A DNA stretch of 64,000 nucleotides from Chlamydiales bacterium (GTDB lineage Bacteria; Chlamydiota; Chlamydiia; Chlamydiales; JACKPQ01): positions 98,825 to 162,824 of the forward strand of contig JACKPP010000002.1 in assembly GCA_024233455.1 (NCBI GenBank), given 5' to 3'. Within the stretch, counting starts at the first letter, position 1, and every line of letters starts with the position of its first letter. Positions 26,237 to 35,425 of this stretch are shown here, piece by piece. Position numbers and translations under genes: made by a program. The notes beneath the pieces are model-generated. The model was not told the DNA's origin and made no database searches. It worked only from the letters and a program-made list of their open reading frames with translations.

Positions 26237-27583
26237 TTACGAGAAAATACCCAATAAAATAATAATAATAGAAATTGGAGCTATGTATTTTATGCTGTAT
26301 TTTAAATAATCCATAAATACAGAATAGCGACTAGTAAAATCTTCAGCTCCCAAACGTATGTGCGCGTAGGCTTTTTTATAGCCCCAGCGCCAACCGACTA
26401 AAAGCACAGCCGCAAGCCCCCCAACAGGAATTAATACATTAACAGCAAGCGAGGAAATGAGCTCGAAGAGATTTAGGCCAAAAAATTTAATTGTAGACCA
26501 CTGCCCAAAAGCTAGCGCGCTAGGAATCCCAAGTAAAAAAGCTGAAATAGCCGTGGCTAGCACAGCTTTATGGCGCTTCCATTTAAAGCGATCACCCAGA
26601 TAAGCGATCATGGGTTCCATAGCGGAGATTTGCGAAGTAATCGCTGCCATAAAAACTAAAGCAAAAAAACTGACAGCCAATAAGTACCCTCCAGTCACTT
26701 GCGAAAAGACCAGCGGCAGGGTTTCATACATCAAGCTAGGACCTGAATCCGCCTTTAGCCCCACGGAAAAAACGGTCGAAAAGATAGCCATGCCCGCAAG
26801 TAGCGAGATAAAGAGACCAAAAGTGGCAATTGGCAAGCAGGTGCTAGGAACGTTTTCTTTGTCTGAGACGTAGGATCCATATGTTACCATTGTTCCCTGA
26901 CCCAGGCTCAAGGCAAAAAATGCTTGCCCCAAAGCTAACAGGATGGCACTGGGCGAAAGAGCGCTCCATTTTGGGGAGAATAAAAATTGGAGCCCTTCAT
27001 AGGCCCCGCTCATGGTGAGCCCTTTGGCCACAAGGCCCAACAATATTAGAAATAAGAGCGGCATAAGGACTTTGTTCCATGCCTCAATTCCTCGTTGTAC
27101 TCCAGCATACAAAATACCGGCCGATGCGGCCATGAAAAGCAAGTGATAGCCTATGCACCAAAAGCTGGAGCTCGTCAGCTGCAAAAAATGGTTTTCAGCA
27201 CTGGCCACAGTAGAAAAATGAGTGAGTTTTCCTTGTAGTGCTTGAATCAGGTAGCCCAAAGTCCAACCAGAAACAACGCTATAGAAGGAAGCTACAATGA
27301 GACCGGTAAAAATCGTCATGGCCCCCACTTTCTTCCATTTGGAGCTACGTCCTAATTGGTGGAAGGCTCCAGCTGGACTCAAGGCTGTTTTACGACCAAT
27401 GATAATTTCGGATAAAAGGACTGGCAAGCCCACTAAAAACAGACACAAAACATAGACGAGTACAAAGGCTGCTCCCCCGCCCTCGCCTACGATGTAGGGA
27501 AAACGCCAGATATTACCCAATCCTACGGCAGAGCCTACCGCCGCAGCAATAAAACCCAGTCGTGACTTCCACTCAGCGCGCAT
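26237..27583 (-). CDS. sodium-dependent transporter, neurotransmitter:sodium symporter (NSS/SNF) family
   Basis: WKSRLGFIAAAVGSAVGLGNIWRFPYIVGEGGGAAFVLVY is the NSS signature, and the protein has about 11-12 TMs. The start was trimmed to ATG 27583 (MRAEWKSR), which gives an 11-nt overlap with the rlmN stop. Confidence 0.9.
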   Translation of the reverse strand: MRAEWKSRLGFIAAAVGSAVGLGNIWRFPYIVGEGGGAAFVLVYVLCLFLVGLPVLLSEIIIGRKTALSPAGAFHQLGRSSKWKKVGAMTIFTGLIVASFYSVVSGWTLGYLIQALQGKLTHFSTVASAENHFLQLTSSSFWCIGYHLLFMAASAGILYAGVQRGIEAWNKVLMPLLFLILLGLVAKGLTMSGAYEGLQFLFSPKWSALSPSAILLALGQAFFALSLGQGTMVTYGSYVSDKENVPSTCLPIATFGLFISLLAGMAIFSTVFSVGLKADSGPSLMYETLPLVFSQVTGGYLLAVSFFALVFMAAITSQISAMEPMIAYLGDRFKWKRHKAVLATAISAFLLGIPSALAFGQWSTIKFFGLNLFELISSLAVNVLIPVGGLAAVLLVGWRWGYKKAYAHIRLGAEDFTSRYSVFMDYLKYSIKYIAPISIIIILLGIFS

Positions 27584-28697
27584 CTTTCCGGCGCTCTTTA
27601 TGTAGTGTTCTTGGATCCATGTTGAGCTCCCCTTCCCTTTTAGCTGCCAGCTGGCCACATCCAGCGCTGATGTCCTGGCCGCGGCTATAGCGCACCGGTG
27701 CTGGGATCGATCTATGGGTTAGGTAGTTTTGAAAATCGGTGATATGCGCAGTATCAGAAGGTTGCATTTCAACCCCTGGGAAGTGATTGATCGGGATAAG
27801 GTTCACTTTAGCTTTGATGCCATGTAGAAATTTAACGAGCTTTTTAGCATCTTGGATGGAGTCGTTCTCCCCTTTGATCAGCACGTACTCGAAGGTGATG
27901 CCGTATCTTGCCGGTGCCGGATAGCGCATCAAAACCTCTTTCATCTGATCTAGAGGGTATTTTCGCCCGATGGGCATCATTTGACTCCGTTTTTCTTGGT
28001 CAGCAGAGTGGAGTGAGATAGCCAGGCGGACCGGCACATCTTGACCGAGACGCTCAATTTCAGGCAAAAGCCCCGAGGTCGACACAGTGACCTTGGTTTT
28101 TGACAAACCAAAAGCTGCCGGATCAATCATCCGCCGGCACGCCTTTACGACTGCATCGTAATTATCGAGCGGCTCACCCATCCCCATGTAGACCACATTG
28201 CTTACTCGGCGCTCTTTTTTAGCGCTCAAATGGTTTGCCAGCACTAGCTGGTACAAAATCTCACCAGAGCTCAAATTGCGTTTGAGTCCCATTTTGCCTG
28301 TCTGACAAAATGTACAGCCCATTTTACATCCTACCTGGCAACTTAAGCATAGGGTTACGCGGTTTTCGTAGGGCATCAGCACCATTTCAACCAGGAGGTT
28401 ATCCGGGGTTTTAAGCAAGACTTTTTCAGTGCCATCTTTGGAGATCAAGTGGCAGTCGATTTCCATCGGCTCCCAAGTAAAATTTTCTTTTAATACTACC
28501 CGCTTGTCTTTGGATAAATTGGAAAACAGCTCCGGATTTACCACTCCCTTTTGAAAAATCCATTCAAAAATTTGCTTAGCAACAAAACCAGAATAGCCTT
28601 TTTGGGTGCACCAGGTTTTCCACTGATCTATATCAAAGTCCAGCGCTAATGGCTTATTTGTAGTCAAAATATTTAGCATCCACCCATTGTATCCCAT
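27573..28697 (-). CDS. rlmN: 23S rRNA/tRNA adenine-C2 methyltransferase, radical SAM
   Basis: Radical-SAM cluster motif CQVGCKMGCTFCQTG, plus GMGEPLDNY and a C-terminal ISAGCGQL. ATG 28679 is an alternative start. Confidence 0.9.
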   Translation of the reverse strand: MGYNGWMLNILTTNKPLALDFDIDQWKTWCTQKGYSGFVAKQIFEWIFQKGVVNPELFSNLSKDKRVVLKENFTWEPMEIDCHLISKDGTEKVLLKTPDNLLVEMVLMPYENRVTLCLSCQVGCKMGCTFCQTGKMGLKRNLSSGEILYQLVLANHLSAKKERRVSNVVYMGMGEPLDNYDAVVKACRRMIDPAAFGLSKTKVTVSTSGLLPEIERLGQDVPVRLAISLHSADQEKRSQMMPIGRKYPLDQMKEVLMRYPAPARYGITFEYVLIKGENDSIQDAKKLVKFLHGIKAKVNLIPINHFPGVEMQPSDTAHITDFQNYLTHRSIPAPVRYSRGQDISAGCGQLAAKREGELNMDPRTLHKERRKDAR

Positions 28698-28751
28698 TCA
28701 AGGAATTTATCCCAATTGGCAAATACATTTATTTGGAGTATGACTTAAACT

Positions 28752-29141
28752 ATGATGAAATTACCCGTATATCTAACTCGGGTCAGAGCTGGCTTCCCAA
28801 CGCCTAATGAGGGAGAAATCGAAGAAAAGCTCGACCTTAACGAGTATCTCATTCAGCATCCTGCAGCCACATTTTTTGTACGTGTAGAAGGCTCTTCTAT
28901 GATCGATGCAGGTATTACTGAGGGGGATTTACTGATCGTCGACAGGGCTAAACACCCTCAAGATGGCGATGTGATTCTAGCTGTTTTAGACGGCGAATTC
29001 ACGGTTAAGCGTCTATCTAAGCAAGGTAAGCTTTTTTTAGAGCCTGCCAACCAAGATTTTGCTCCCATTGAGATCACTGAAGAAATGGACTTTCAGGTAT
29101 GGGGCGTTGTAACCTATACGGTGCGCAAATGTTCGCGTTAA
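28752..29141 (+). CDS. umuD: translesion polymerase V accessory subunit UmuD (S24 LexA-like self-cleaving peptidase)
   Basis: It aligns by eye along its length with E. coli UmuD as I remember it: [12 protein letters not shown] (cleavage-site region, A-G), [32 protein letters not shown] (Ser nucleophile), GEFTVKRL (Lys). Confidence 0.85.
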   Translation: MMKLPVYLTRVRAGFPTPNEGEIEEKLDLNEYLIQHPAATFFVRVEGSSMIDAGITEGDLLIVDRAKHPQDGDVILAVLDGEFTVKRLSKQGKLFLEPANQDFAPIEITEEMDFQVWGVVTYTVRKCSR

Positions 29142-30295
29142 TCGACTGTAACAGTTTTTTTGCATCCTGTGAGATAGTCTTTCAGCCCAGGCTACAGGGG
29201 AAACCTGTGGTGGTGCTGTCCAATAATGATGGCTGCGTGATTGCAAGGTCCAAAGAAGCCAAAGCTCTCGGCATTCCCATGGGGGCTGCCGCCTTTGAAT
29301 ATGAGCGTTTTTTTGCCCTTCATAAAGTTGAAGTCTTTTCCTCTAATTTTGTGCTCTACGCCGACATGTCCAGACGGGTGATGGAGTCAATTGCCTCTCT
29401 CGGTTACATTCTCGAGCCCTACTCTATTGACGAGACCTTCATTCAGGGCCCAGAAATTGACGCCCACGCTATTAAACAGCGTATCGAGCAGTGGACTGGC
29501 ATCCCCGTTTCAGTGGGCATAGGAGCATCCAAAACCCAAGCTAAAACAGCCAATTACATAGCCAAAAAAAATGGCGGTATCTGGAGATTTAAACCAGAGG
29601 ATTTGGAACATCTTCCAGTCGAAGATATCTGGGGTGTTGGGCGTAAATACGCCCTAAAGCTCAAAAGTTATGGGGTCTATACCGCAGGTAACCTAATTGC
29701 TAAAAATGATCATTGGATTAAAAAACATCTGACTGTCATTGGCCTGCGTATGGTATGGGAGCTACGCGGCACCCCTTGCATTCAAGATTTGCCCAGCCCC
29801 AAAAAAGGCATCGTTGTTTCTCGCTCCTTTGCTAAAGGCGTCACATCTCAAGAAATGCTAGCTGAGGCAATCATGACCTTTGCGGCCAAAGCTGCCCGCA
29901 AGCTGCGCAAAGAAAACTCCCAAACCAAATTTTTACAAGTTTTTACCAACCTGTCGAGCGCCTCCTGCACTTTGCCCCTTGCAACCGATCACAATCCCCT
30001 GCTGATGGCCCACGCCAGACGGCTGCTCAACCAAATCTTTCGACAAGGGGAAATCTATAAACGTGCTGGTGTGCTGCTTTCTGATATCACTGCCGATTCC
30101 CAACTCGATTTGCTGACAGAGTCCAAAGCGTCCTCTCCCCTCATGCCCTTGCTAGATAAAGTGAACCGCAAGCATGGTAAAGAAATGCTCTTCTACGCGG
30201 GGCAAGGCACCACGCAGCGCTGGCAAAAAACACCCCGGCACAGGTCACCCAGATACACCACCGATTGGAACGACATTCCCCGTATCAAAAAATAA
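29129..30295 (+). CDS. umuC: translesion DNA polymerase V catalytic subunit UmuC (Y-family)
   Basis: [52 protein letters not shown] is a near-canonical UmuC N-terminus. The start was trimmed to ATG 29129, giving a 13-nt overlap with umuD. Confidence 0.9.
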   Translation: MFALIDCNSFFASCEIVFQPRLQGKPVVVLSNNDGCVIARSKEAKALGIPMGAAAFEYERFFALHKVEVFSSNFVLYADMSRRVMESIASLGYILEPYSIDETFIQGPEIDAHAIKQRIEQWTGIPVSVGIGASKTQAKTANYIAKKNGGIWRFKPEDLEHLPVEDIWGVGRKYALKLKSYGVYTAGNLIAKNDHWIKKHLTVIGLRMVWELRGTPCIQDLPSPKKGIVVSRSFAKGVTSQEMLAEAIMTFAAKAARKLRKENSQTKFLQVFTNLSSASCTLPLATDHNPLLMAHARRLLNQIFRQGEIYKRAGVLLSDITADSQLDLLTESKASSPLMPLLDKVNRKHGKEMLFYAGQGTTQRWQKTPRHRSPRYTTDWNDIPRIKK

Positions 30296-30362
30296 CTGAC
30301 CTTGGCTATGCATATTTCTTATGCCAGAGCTACCCAAAGTCGAAACGGTTATTCAGCATCTG
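30282..30362. repeat. direct repeat, left copy (umuC 3' end, spacer and first ~13 codons of mutM)
   Basis: 81 nt, gtatcaaaaaataactgaccttggctatgcatatttcttatgccagagctacccaaagtcgaaacggttattcagcatctg. Against 32958-33037 I count 78 identical positions, 2 substitutions and 1 one-base indel (hand alignment). Confidence 0.85.
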
Positions 30363-30410
30363 CGTACGCCACACTCAAAATGCTACAAAGCAAAAGAATG
30401 TAATATGTGA
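30321..30410 (+). pseudogene. mutM 5' ghost (29 codons: MPELPKVETVIQHL then unrelated sequence and stop)
   Basis: It lies within and just beyond the left repeat copy. The first 14 codons match the real mutM start at 32996 (MPELPKVETIIQQL), then homology ends and TGA follows at 30408-30410. Confidence 0.6.
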
Positions 30411-30531
30411 TTTTTATATCGGCCTTTTGTAGAAACTCAGTATTGCCAAATCATAACACATATCTGGATTTGCTTATTTTTAACCATTGATATATGGTCG
30501 CTTGTAAATTTTTTAGCTGAGAGATACTAAG

Positions 30532-32907
30532 ATGCAAGCTGTGATTTTAGGAATAGGCGCAATGTTGGTTATGGCCCATGGTGTAGCAAGAGATCCACAG
30601 ACGTGTCTTTGGTATCCAAGATCCGCAGATGCGTGGGAAGAAGCTTTGCCAGTTGGAAATGGTCGATTAGGGGCTATGGTTCACGGCGGTGTCCAAAGAG
30701 AATTGATTCAACTGAATGAAGATTCGATGTGGTCAGGCAAACCCCATGATTGGAATAACCCCGATTTTTACGATGGATTACAAGAAGTTAAATGTTTGCT
30801 TGCTGCCGGCGATTATGTAAAAGCGCACAAGGTGGCCGAAGAGAAACTGATTTGCAAAGGCGGGGGATCGCATTATTGCAAAACAGCTCAATGTGATTAT
30901 GGCTCATATCAGACATTGGGAGATTTAACTTTAACTTTTCAACATAAGGGAGAAGTCACAGAGTATTCTCGGGAGTTGGATTTAAAAACAGCGATTGCAT
31001 CCGTTGATTATACAGTAGACGGAGTTAGGTTTCACAGAAAGATATTTTCTAGCTTTCCCGATCAAGCCATTGTTGTGCGCTTAACAGCGAGCCAAAATGA
31101 TGCGATCAATTTCGATGTTGCAATCAATCGGTCCGAAAATGGCCTGACAGCAGCCTCTAGTGAGGCGCTACTGGAGATGACCGGTAATCTTTATAAAGAG
31201 GGTATTGATTATGCAGCAGCAGTTCAGGTTGTGTATTGCGATGGATCTGTTAAGACATCTGATAATGCTATTTCAGTTAGAGATGCCACTGATGTTACAA
31301 TTGTAGTTGTAGCGAGCACCACTTTTCGTGAAAAGCAGCCTCAAAAGCACAATCTACAGGGCTTAAAACGGCTGAAAAAAAGGACTTTCGAGCAATTATT
31401 AGACAGACATGTTGAAGATTACCAAAAATTGTTTGATCGCTGCATCTTAAATCTAGACACAAGTGCTATCTCTATGCAGCCGACTTCAGGAAGGCTTTGG
31501 TCATTAAGAGAGGGGGGCTATGATCCTAGCATTTTTGCGCTGTATTTTAACTATGGAAGGTATTTGCTGCTCGCTTCTTCACGTAGAGAATCGCTGCCCG
31601 CCAATTTGCAGGGTATTTGGTCTGATAAAATTTTAACGCCTTGGTGTGGAGATTTTCATCTCAATATTAATTTACAGATGAACTATTGGCCGGCAGAACT
31701 GACAAATCTTTCAGAATGCTCTGAACCTTTAGATCGGTATATTTTTGACCTTGAAAAGACTGGCACTGCGACAGCAAAAGAGATGTATAACGCTAGAGGT
31801 TGGGTTGCTCATCATATCTCCAATATTTGGGGTTTTTCAGCGCCAGCTGAGCATCCTAGCTGGGGTTTGTTTCCCGGTGGGGCTGCTTGGCTTTGTAGAC
31901 ATTTCTGGGATAAGTATCTTTTTAATCAAGATATAGCATATTTAAAAAAGGTTTATCCGACGCTAAAAAATGCAGCGCTCTTTTATTTAGATACTTTGTA
32001 CAAAGACGAAAAAACTCAGTATCTTCTGCCAGTTCCGTCGAATTCCCCGGAAAATGTTTACGTTTTAAATCAAGATAAACAAGGCTATTTGAGTAGAGCT
32101 GCTACTGTTCAGCTCTGTTTAATTAGAGATATCTTTACGATTGTAAAACAGGCGTCAAGCATTTTGTGTCTAGATCATGACGATGTCGTTCAGTTTACTA
32201 AAGCTTTGTCGCAACTTTACCCATATGGCGTGGATAAAAATGGACTTTTGAAGGAGTACATGGAAGATGTTGAAAGGCCTTTTGAAGGACACAGGCATAT
32301 GTCCCACTTAATTGGACTATTTCCAGGTTGCGATCCAAAAATCATGAAGGATCCTGAGCTTTTCAACGCTGCTAAGCAATCGGTTATCGCGCGTTGGAAG
32401 AAGGGAGTAGGCCAAACAGGCTGGAATTTAGGTTGGACGATTAATCTTTTTGCAAGACTTAAAGAAACAAAAAGAGCTTACCAAGCTTTGCAGACGATGC
32501 TGGGTTGTTCAACGCTTCCAAACTTTTTTGACAACCATCCACCTTTTCAAATTGATGGGAATTTTGGAGGAACAGCAGGTATTGCTGAAATGCTGCTTCA
32601 AAGCCATACAGATGAAATTTTATTGCTTCCAGCTTTGCCCAAATCTTGGAAAAATGGTTCGGTTAGGGGCTTAAGAGCACGAGGTGGGCTGGAAGTTTCT
32701 ATTACTTGGAAAGATTCCCATATTGAATTTATTGACTTACTTGCTCATGCGGATAATCATTTTAACGTGCGCTTGCCTAGTGATCATCATGTCGCCCAAC
32801 TCACTCTGAATGAGGAAAATATTGATTTGAATGATGCTTTAAGACTTGAGCTCGACCTCAAGAAAGGTGATCATATCCTAGCTGTATTTGAGCCATCTAG
32901 AACTTAG
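30532..32907 (+). CDS. glycoside hydrolase family 95-like protein (alpha-L-fucosidase type), secreted
   Basis: Signal peptide MQAVILGIGAMLVMAHG. The N-terminal block LWYPRSADAWEEALPVGNGRLGAMVHGGVQRELIQLNEDSMWSG is the characteristic GH95 N-domain pattern. Further blocks: LQGIWSD...PWCGDFHLNINLQMNYWPAE, PSNSPEN, FFDNHPPFQIDGNFGGTAGIAEMLLQS. Length 791 aa. Confidence 0.82.
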   Translation: MQAVILGIGAMLVMAHGVARDPQTCLWYPRSADAWEEALPVGNGRLGAMVHGGVQRELIQLNEDSMWSGKPHDWNNPDFYDGLQEVKCLLAAGDYVKAHKVAEEKLICKGGGSHYCKTAQCDYGSYQTLGDLTLTFQHKGEVTEYSRELDLKTAIASVDYTVDGVRFHRKIFSSFPDQAIVVRLTASQNDAINFDVAINRSENGLTAASSEALLEMTGNLYKEGIDYAAAVQVVYCDGSVKTSDNAISVRDATDVTIVVVASTTFREKQPQKHNLQGLKRLKKRTFEQLLDRHVEDYQKLFDRCILNLDTSAISMQPTSGRLWSLREGGYDPSIFALYFNYGRYLLLASSRRESLPANLQGIWSDKILTPWCGDFHLNINLQMNYWPAELTNLSECSEPLDRYIFDLEKTGTATAKEMYNARGWVAHHISNIWGFSAPAEHPSWGLFPGGAAWLCRHFWDKYLFNQDIAYLKKVYPTLKNAALFYLDTLYKDEKTQYLLPVPSNSPENVYVLNQDKQGYLSRAATVQLCLIRDIFTIVKQASSILCLDHDDVVQFTKALSQLYPYGVDKNGLLKEYMEDVERPFEGHRHMSHLIGLFPGCDPKIMKDPELFNAAKQSVIARWKKGVGQTGWNLGWTINLFARLKETKRAYQALQTMLGCSTLPNFFDNHPPFQIDGNFGGTAGIAEMLLQSHTDEILLLPALPKSWKNGSVRGLRARGGLEVSITWKDSHIEFIDLLAHADNHFNVRLPSDHHVAQLTLNEENIDLNDALRLELDLKKGDHILAVFEPSRT

Positions 32908-32957
32908 ATAATTAGCAAATAGGCACAGCGCTTCAGTTAGAGCCTTTGCTATTTTCT

Positions 32958-33037
32958 GTATCAAAAAATAACTGACCTTGGCTATGCTATTTCTTATGCC
33001 AGAGCTACCCAAAGTCGAAACGATTATTCAGCAGCTG
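32958..33037. repeat. direct repeat, right copy (orphan umuC tail, spacer and real mutM start)
   Basis: 80 nt, gtatcaaaaaataactgaccttggctatgctatttcttatgccagagctacccaaagtcgaaacgattattcagcagctg. It lies 2,676 bp downstream of the left copy. Confidence 0.85.
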
Positions 33038-33772
33038 AAACGCTCCGATATTCTGGACCATAAGGTCCAATCGATCGAGGTTTTTTGGCCTAAATCATTT
33101 GTCGGTCAGCACCAGAAATTGGTAAATGTTGCCATTACTTCTCTTGAGCGACATGGAAAATATTTCCTCTTCGGCCTTTCCAATGGTCAAACGCTAGCCG
33201 TGCATTTGGGAATGAGCGGCTGTTTTAGATTCGAGCCTACCGATCACACCCGTATTTCTATCACTTTTATCAATGGAATAGAGCTTTATTATTCTGACCC
33301 GCGTAAATTTGGTCGATTTACTCTGGTAGACTGCTCCAGCGAAATAACTAAACGTCTGGGACCTGATGCCTTGGAAATTTCGCAAGAAGAGCTGCAAAAG
33401 TGTCTGCAGTCCAATAACCGCCTCAAGCCTCTGCTGCTAGATCAAGCCTGTATTGCAGGTCTTGGAAATATCTATGTCGATGAGGCCCTATGGGAAGCTG
33501 AGATTCATCCCACCTGCAGTGCCAAGCAGCTGAGCACAAAACAAGTGCAAGCTTTGCATGCGGCGATAAAGAAAACATTGCAAGACGGGATTAAGCATGG
33601 CCTCACTAATATTGAAAAAGACGATGCGCTTTACGGTAAACCGGAAAAATTCCGTCACCTTTATCGCGTTTATGGACGGGCAGGCAAACCCTGCCCTCGC
33701 TGCCACGCTCCCCTTCAACGGTTGCTGCTTGTGGGACGCACGACCGTCATCTGCCCTAACTGCCAAGCTTAA
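32996..33772 (+). CDS. mutM: formamidopyrimidine-DNA glycosylase
   Basis: MPELPKVET has the catalytic Pro2 and Glu3. The H2TH region is LLDQACIAGLGNIYVDEALW. The C-terminal zinc finger is CPRCHAPL...VICPNCQ. The track start at 32978 is TTG; ATG 32996 is the family-typical start. Confidence 0.9.
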   Translation: MPELPKVETIIQQLKRSDILDHKVQSIEVFWPKSFVGQHQKLVNVAITSLERHGKYFLFGLSNGQTLAVHLGMSGCFRFEPTDHTRISITFINGIELYYSDPRKFGRFTLVDCSSEITKRLGPDALEISQEELQKCLQSNNRLKPLLLDQACIAGLGNIYVDEALWEAEIHPTCSAKQLSTKQVQALHAAIKKTLQDGIKHGLTNIEKDDALYGKPEKFRHLYRVYGRAGKPCPRCHAPLQRLLLVGRTTVICPNCQA

Positions 33773-33780
33773 ACATAATT

Positions 33781-33883
33781 TGGCCGTATTTCGTAATTTT
33801 GGCCGTATTATGCGCTAAAATTAGGAAAAAGGGGGGATTTTGGCCGTATTTATGGATCAAAAAAAACAAAAAATGGCCGTATT
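33781..33883 (+). repeat. four direct copies of TGGCCGTATT in 103 bp (candidate regulator-binding iterons)
   Basis: Exact 10-mers sit at 33781-90, 33800-09, 33841-50 and 33874-83, with extended consensus (A/T)TTTGGCCGTATT(T/A). They lie in the 258-bp spacer between mutM and the amino-acid permease gene. Confidence 0.8.
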
Positions 33884-34030
33884 TCAGATTCAGCATTTGT
33901 AAGCCGAACCGTGCAAGTAACGTGCCCTCTTCAAAGAAAACATCCGGAAAAAGAGGACATGTCCTAAAGACAATCTCACTTCTATATGAAGCTTGGATCA
34001 AAATAGCCCGGTAGTGTATAGTTGCTTGCT

Positions 34031-35425
34031 ATGGTGAAATCTAAACGTACGATCAATATTTTTACGCTGTCAATGATCAACGTTGCAGCTATTTGCAGCA
34101 TTAAAAACTGGCCTTTAACTGCCGAATACGGCTTTTCATCCCTGTTTTTTTTCACGATCGCTGCTCTATTATTTTTTATTCCCGTATCACTAGTGTCGGC
34201 AGAACTGGCTACTGGCTGGCCGGAGCGGGGAGGTATTTTTGTCTGGGTCAAAGAAGCGCTGGGGCATAAGTTTGGTTTTTTAGCCGTATGGCTCCTATGG
34301 ATCGAAAATGTGGTCTGGTACCCTACGATTTTATCGTTTATTGGCGCTACGATTGCCTACAGCTTTATGCCCAGCCTTGCGGCAAGCAAGGTATATATGG
34401 TCATTGTGATTTTAGCTGCTTTTTGGGGCGCTACAATTGTGAATTTAAGAGGCATGAAAACGTCTGGTTTGATCAGCTCTGTAGGAGTGATTTTCGGTAC
34501 AATAGTTCCAGGTGTTGTGATCATCGTTCTGGGTCTTAGCTGGTGGCTGATGGGTAAACCCATTGAAATCACTATGAGCTGGGATGCGTTGATTCCCAAT
34601 CTAACTTCAGGCTCGCAGCTATCGCTCATGGCAGGCGTTTTGCTGGGTTTTGCTGGGATGGAAATGTCGGCAGTACACGCAAGGGATGTGATCAATCCCC
34701 AAAAGAACTACCCCAAAGCGATTTTTTTGTCGGCAGTGATTATTTTGGTCCTATCCGTACTTGGAACCCTGGCCATTGCTTTTGTGATTCCTCAAGATAA
34801 AATCAGCTTGGTAGCTGGTGGCATGGAAGCGATTTCCCACTTCATGAATGCCTATAATTTAGGCTGGGCCGTGCCGATATTTTCTATATTGATAGCTCTT
34901 GGTGCGCTAGGCGGTATGAGCACTTGGACTGCAGGTCCAAGTAAAGGTCTTTTAGCTGCAGCTCAAAGCGGCGAGTTCCCCCCTATTTTGCACCGCGTCA
35001 ATAAAAACGATATGCCTGTAGCCCTACTTGTGATGCAAGGGACGATTGTTTCTTTGCTTTCTTTAGTATTTTTACTGATGCCCGATGTAAGTAGCTCTTT
35101 TTGGATGCTGCTGGTGCTCTCTTCCCAACTTTATATCGTGATGTATTTGCTGATGTTTATTTCGGCCATTGTACTACGTTATAAAAAGCCCAATGTAAAA
35201 AGAGAGTACAAGATTCCAGGTGGTAATTTTGGCATGTGGATCGTTGCTGGAATTGGGCTAGCCGCATCTTTAGCTTCAATGATTGTAGGCTTTTTTCCGC
35301 CCGAGCAGCTCAACACCGGCAGCGTGCTTTTCTACGAAGCTTTTTTGGTAGGAGGCATTATCGTAATGTCTGCCATTCCTTTTATTATTCTGCAATTTAA
35401 AAAGCCCAGCTGGGATATTCCTTAA
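34031..35425 (+). CDS. APC-superfamily amino-acid permease (GadC/glutamate:GABA-antiporter-like)
   Basis: About 12 TMs. The N-terminal pattern KRTINIFTLSMINVAAICSIKNWPLTAEYGFSSLFFF..FIPVSLVSAELATGWPERGGIFVWV resembles GadC-type antiporters. The track start at 34022 is TTG; the ATG is at 34031. Confidence 0.8.
   Translation: MVKSKRTINIFTLSMINVAAICSIKNWPLTAEYGFSSLFFFTIAALLFFIPVSLVSAELATGWPERGGIFVWVKEALGHKFGFLAVWLLWIENVVWYPTILSFIGATIAYSFMPSLAASKVYMVIVILAAFWGATIVNLRGMKTSGLISSVGVIFGTIVPGVVIIVLGLSWWLMGKPIEITMSWDALIPNLTSGSQLSLMAGVLLGFAGMEMSAVHARDVINPQKNYPKAIFLSAVIILVLSVLGTLAIAFVIPQDKISLVAGGMEAISHFMNAYNLGWAVPIFSILIALGALGGMSTWTAGPSKGLLAAAQSGEFPPILHRVNKNDMPVALLVMQGTIVSLLSLVFLLMPDVSSSFWMLLVLSSQLYIVMYLLMFISAIVLRYKKPNVKREYKIPGGNFGMWIVAGIGLAASLASMIVGFFPPEQLNTGSVLFYEAFLVGGIIVMSAIPFIILQFKKPSWDIP

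Noticed and set aside
28720-28735. Palindrome CAAATA-CATT-TATTTG upstream of umuD, considered as an SOS (LexA) operator.
   Set aside because: It does not resemble any LexA consensus I know (no CTGT/ACAG or GAAC/GTTC arms). A 6-bp AT-only symmetry is expected by chance. It is kept only as a note in the umuDC finding.
33781-33883. Whether the TGGCCGTATT copies form a CRISPR array.
   Set aside because: The repeats are only 10-13 nt long with irregular 9-31-nt gaps. There are no cas genes and no repeat of 24 nt or more. This is not a CRISPR architecture.
33756-34251. Three small ORFs (33756-34001 minus, 33799-34014 plus, 33982-34251 minus) in the mutM-permease spacer.
   Set aside because: They are built from the TGGCCGTATT repeats and homopolymer tracts. 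They have no SD, they overlap one another, and the last is antisense to the permease N-terminus. The region is better explained as regulatory or repeat DNA.
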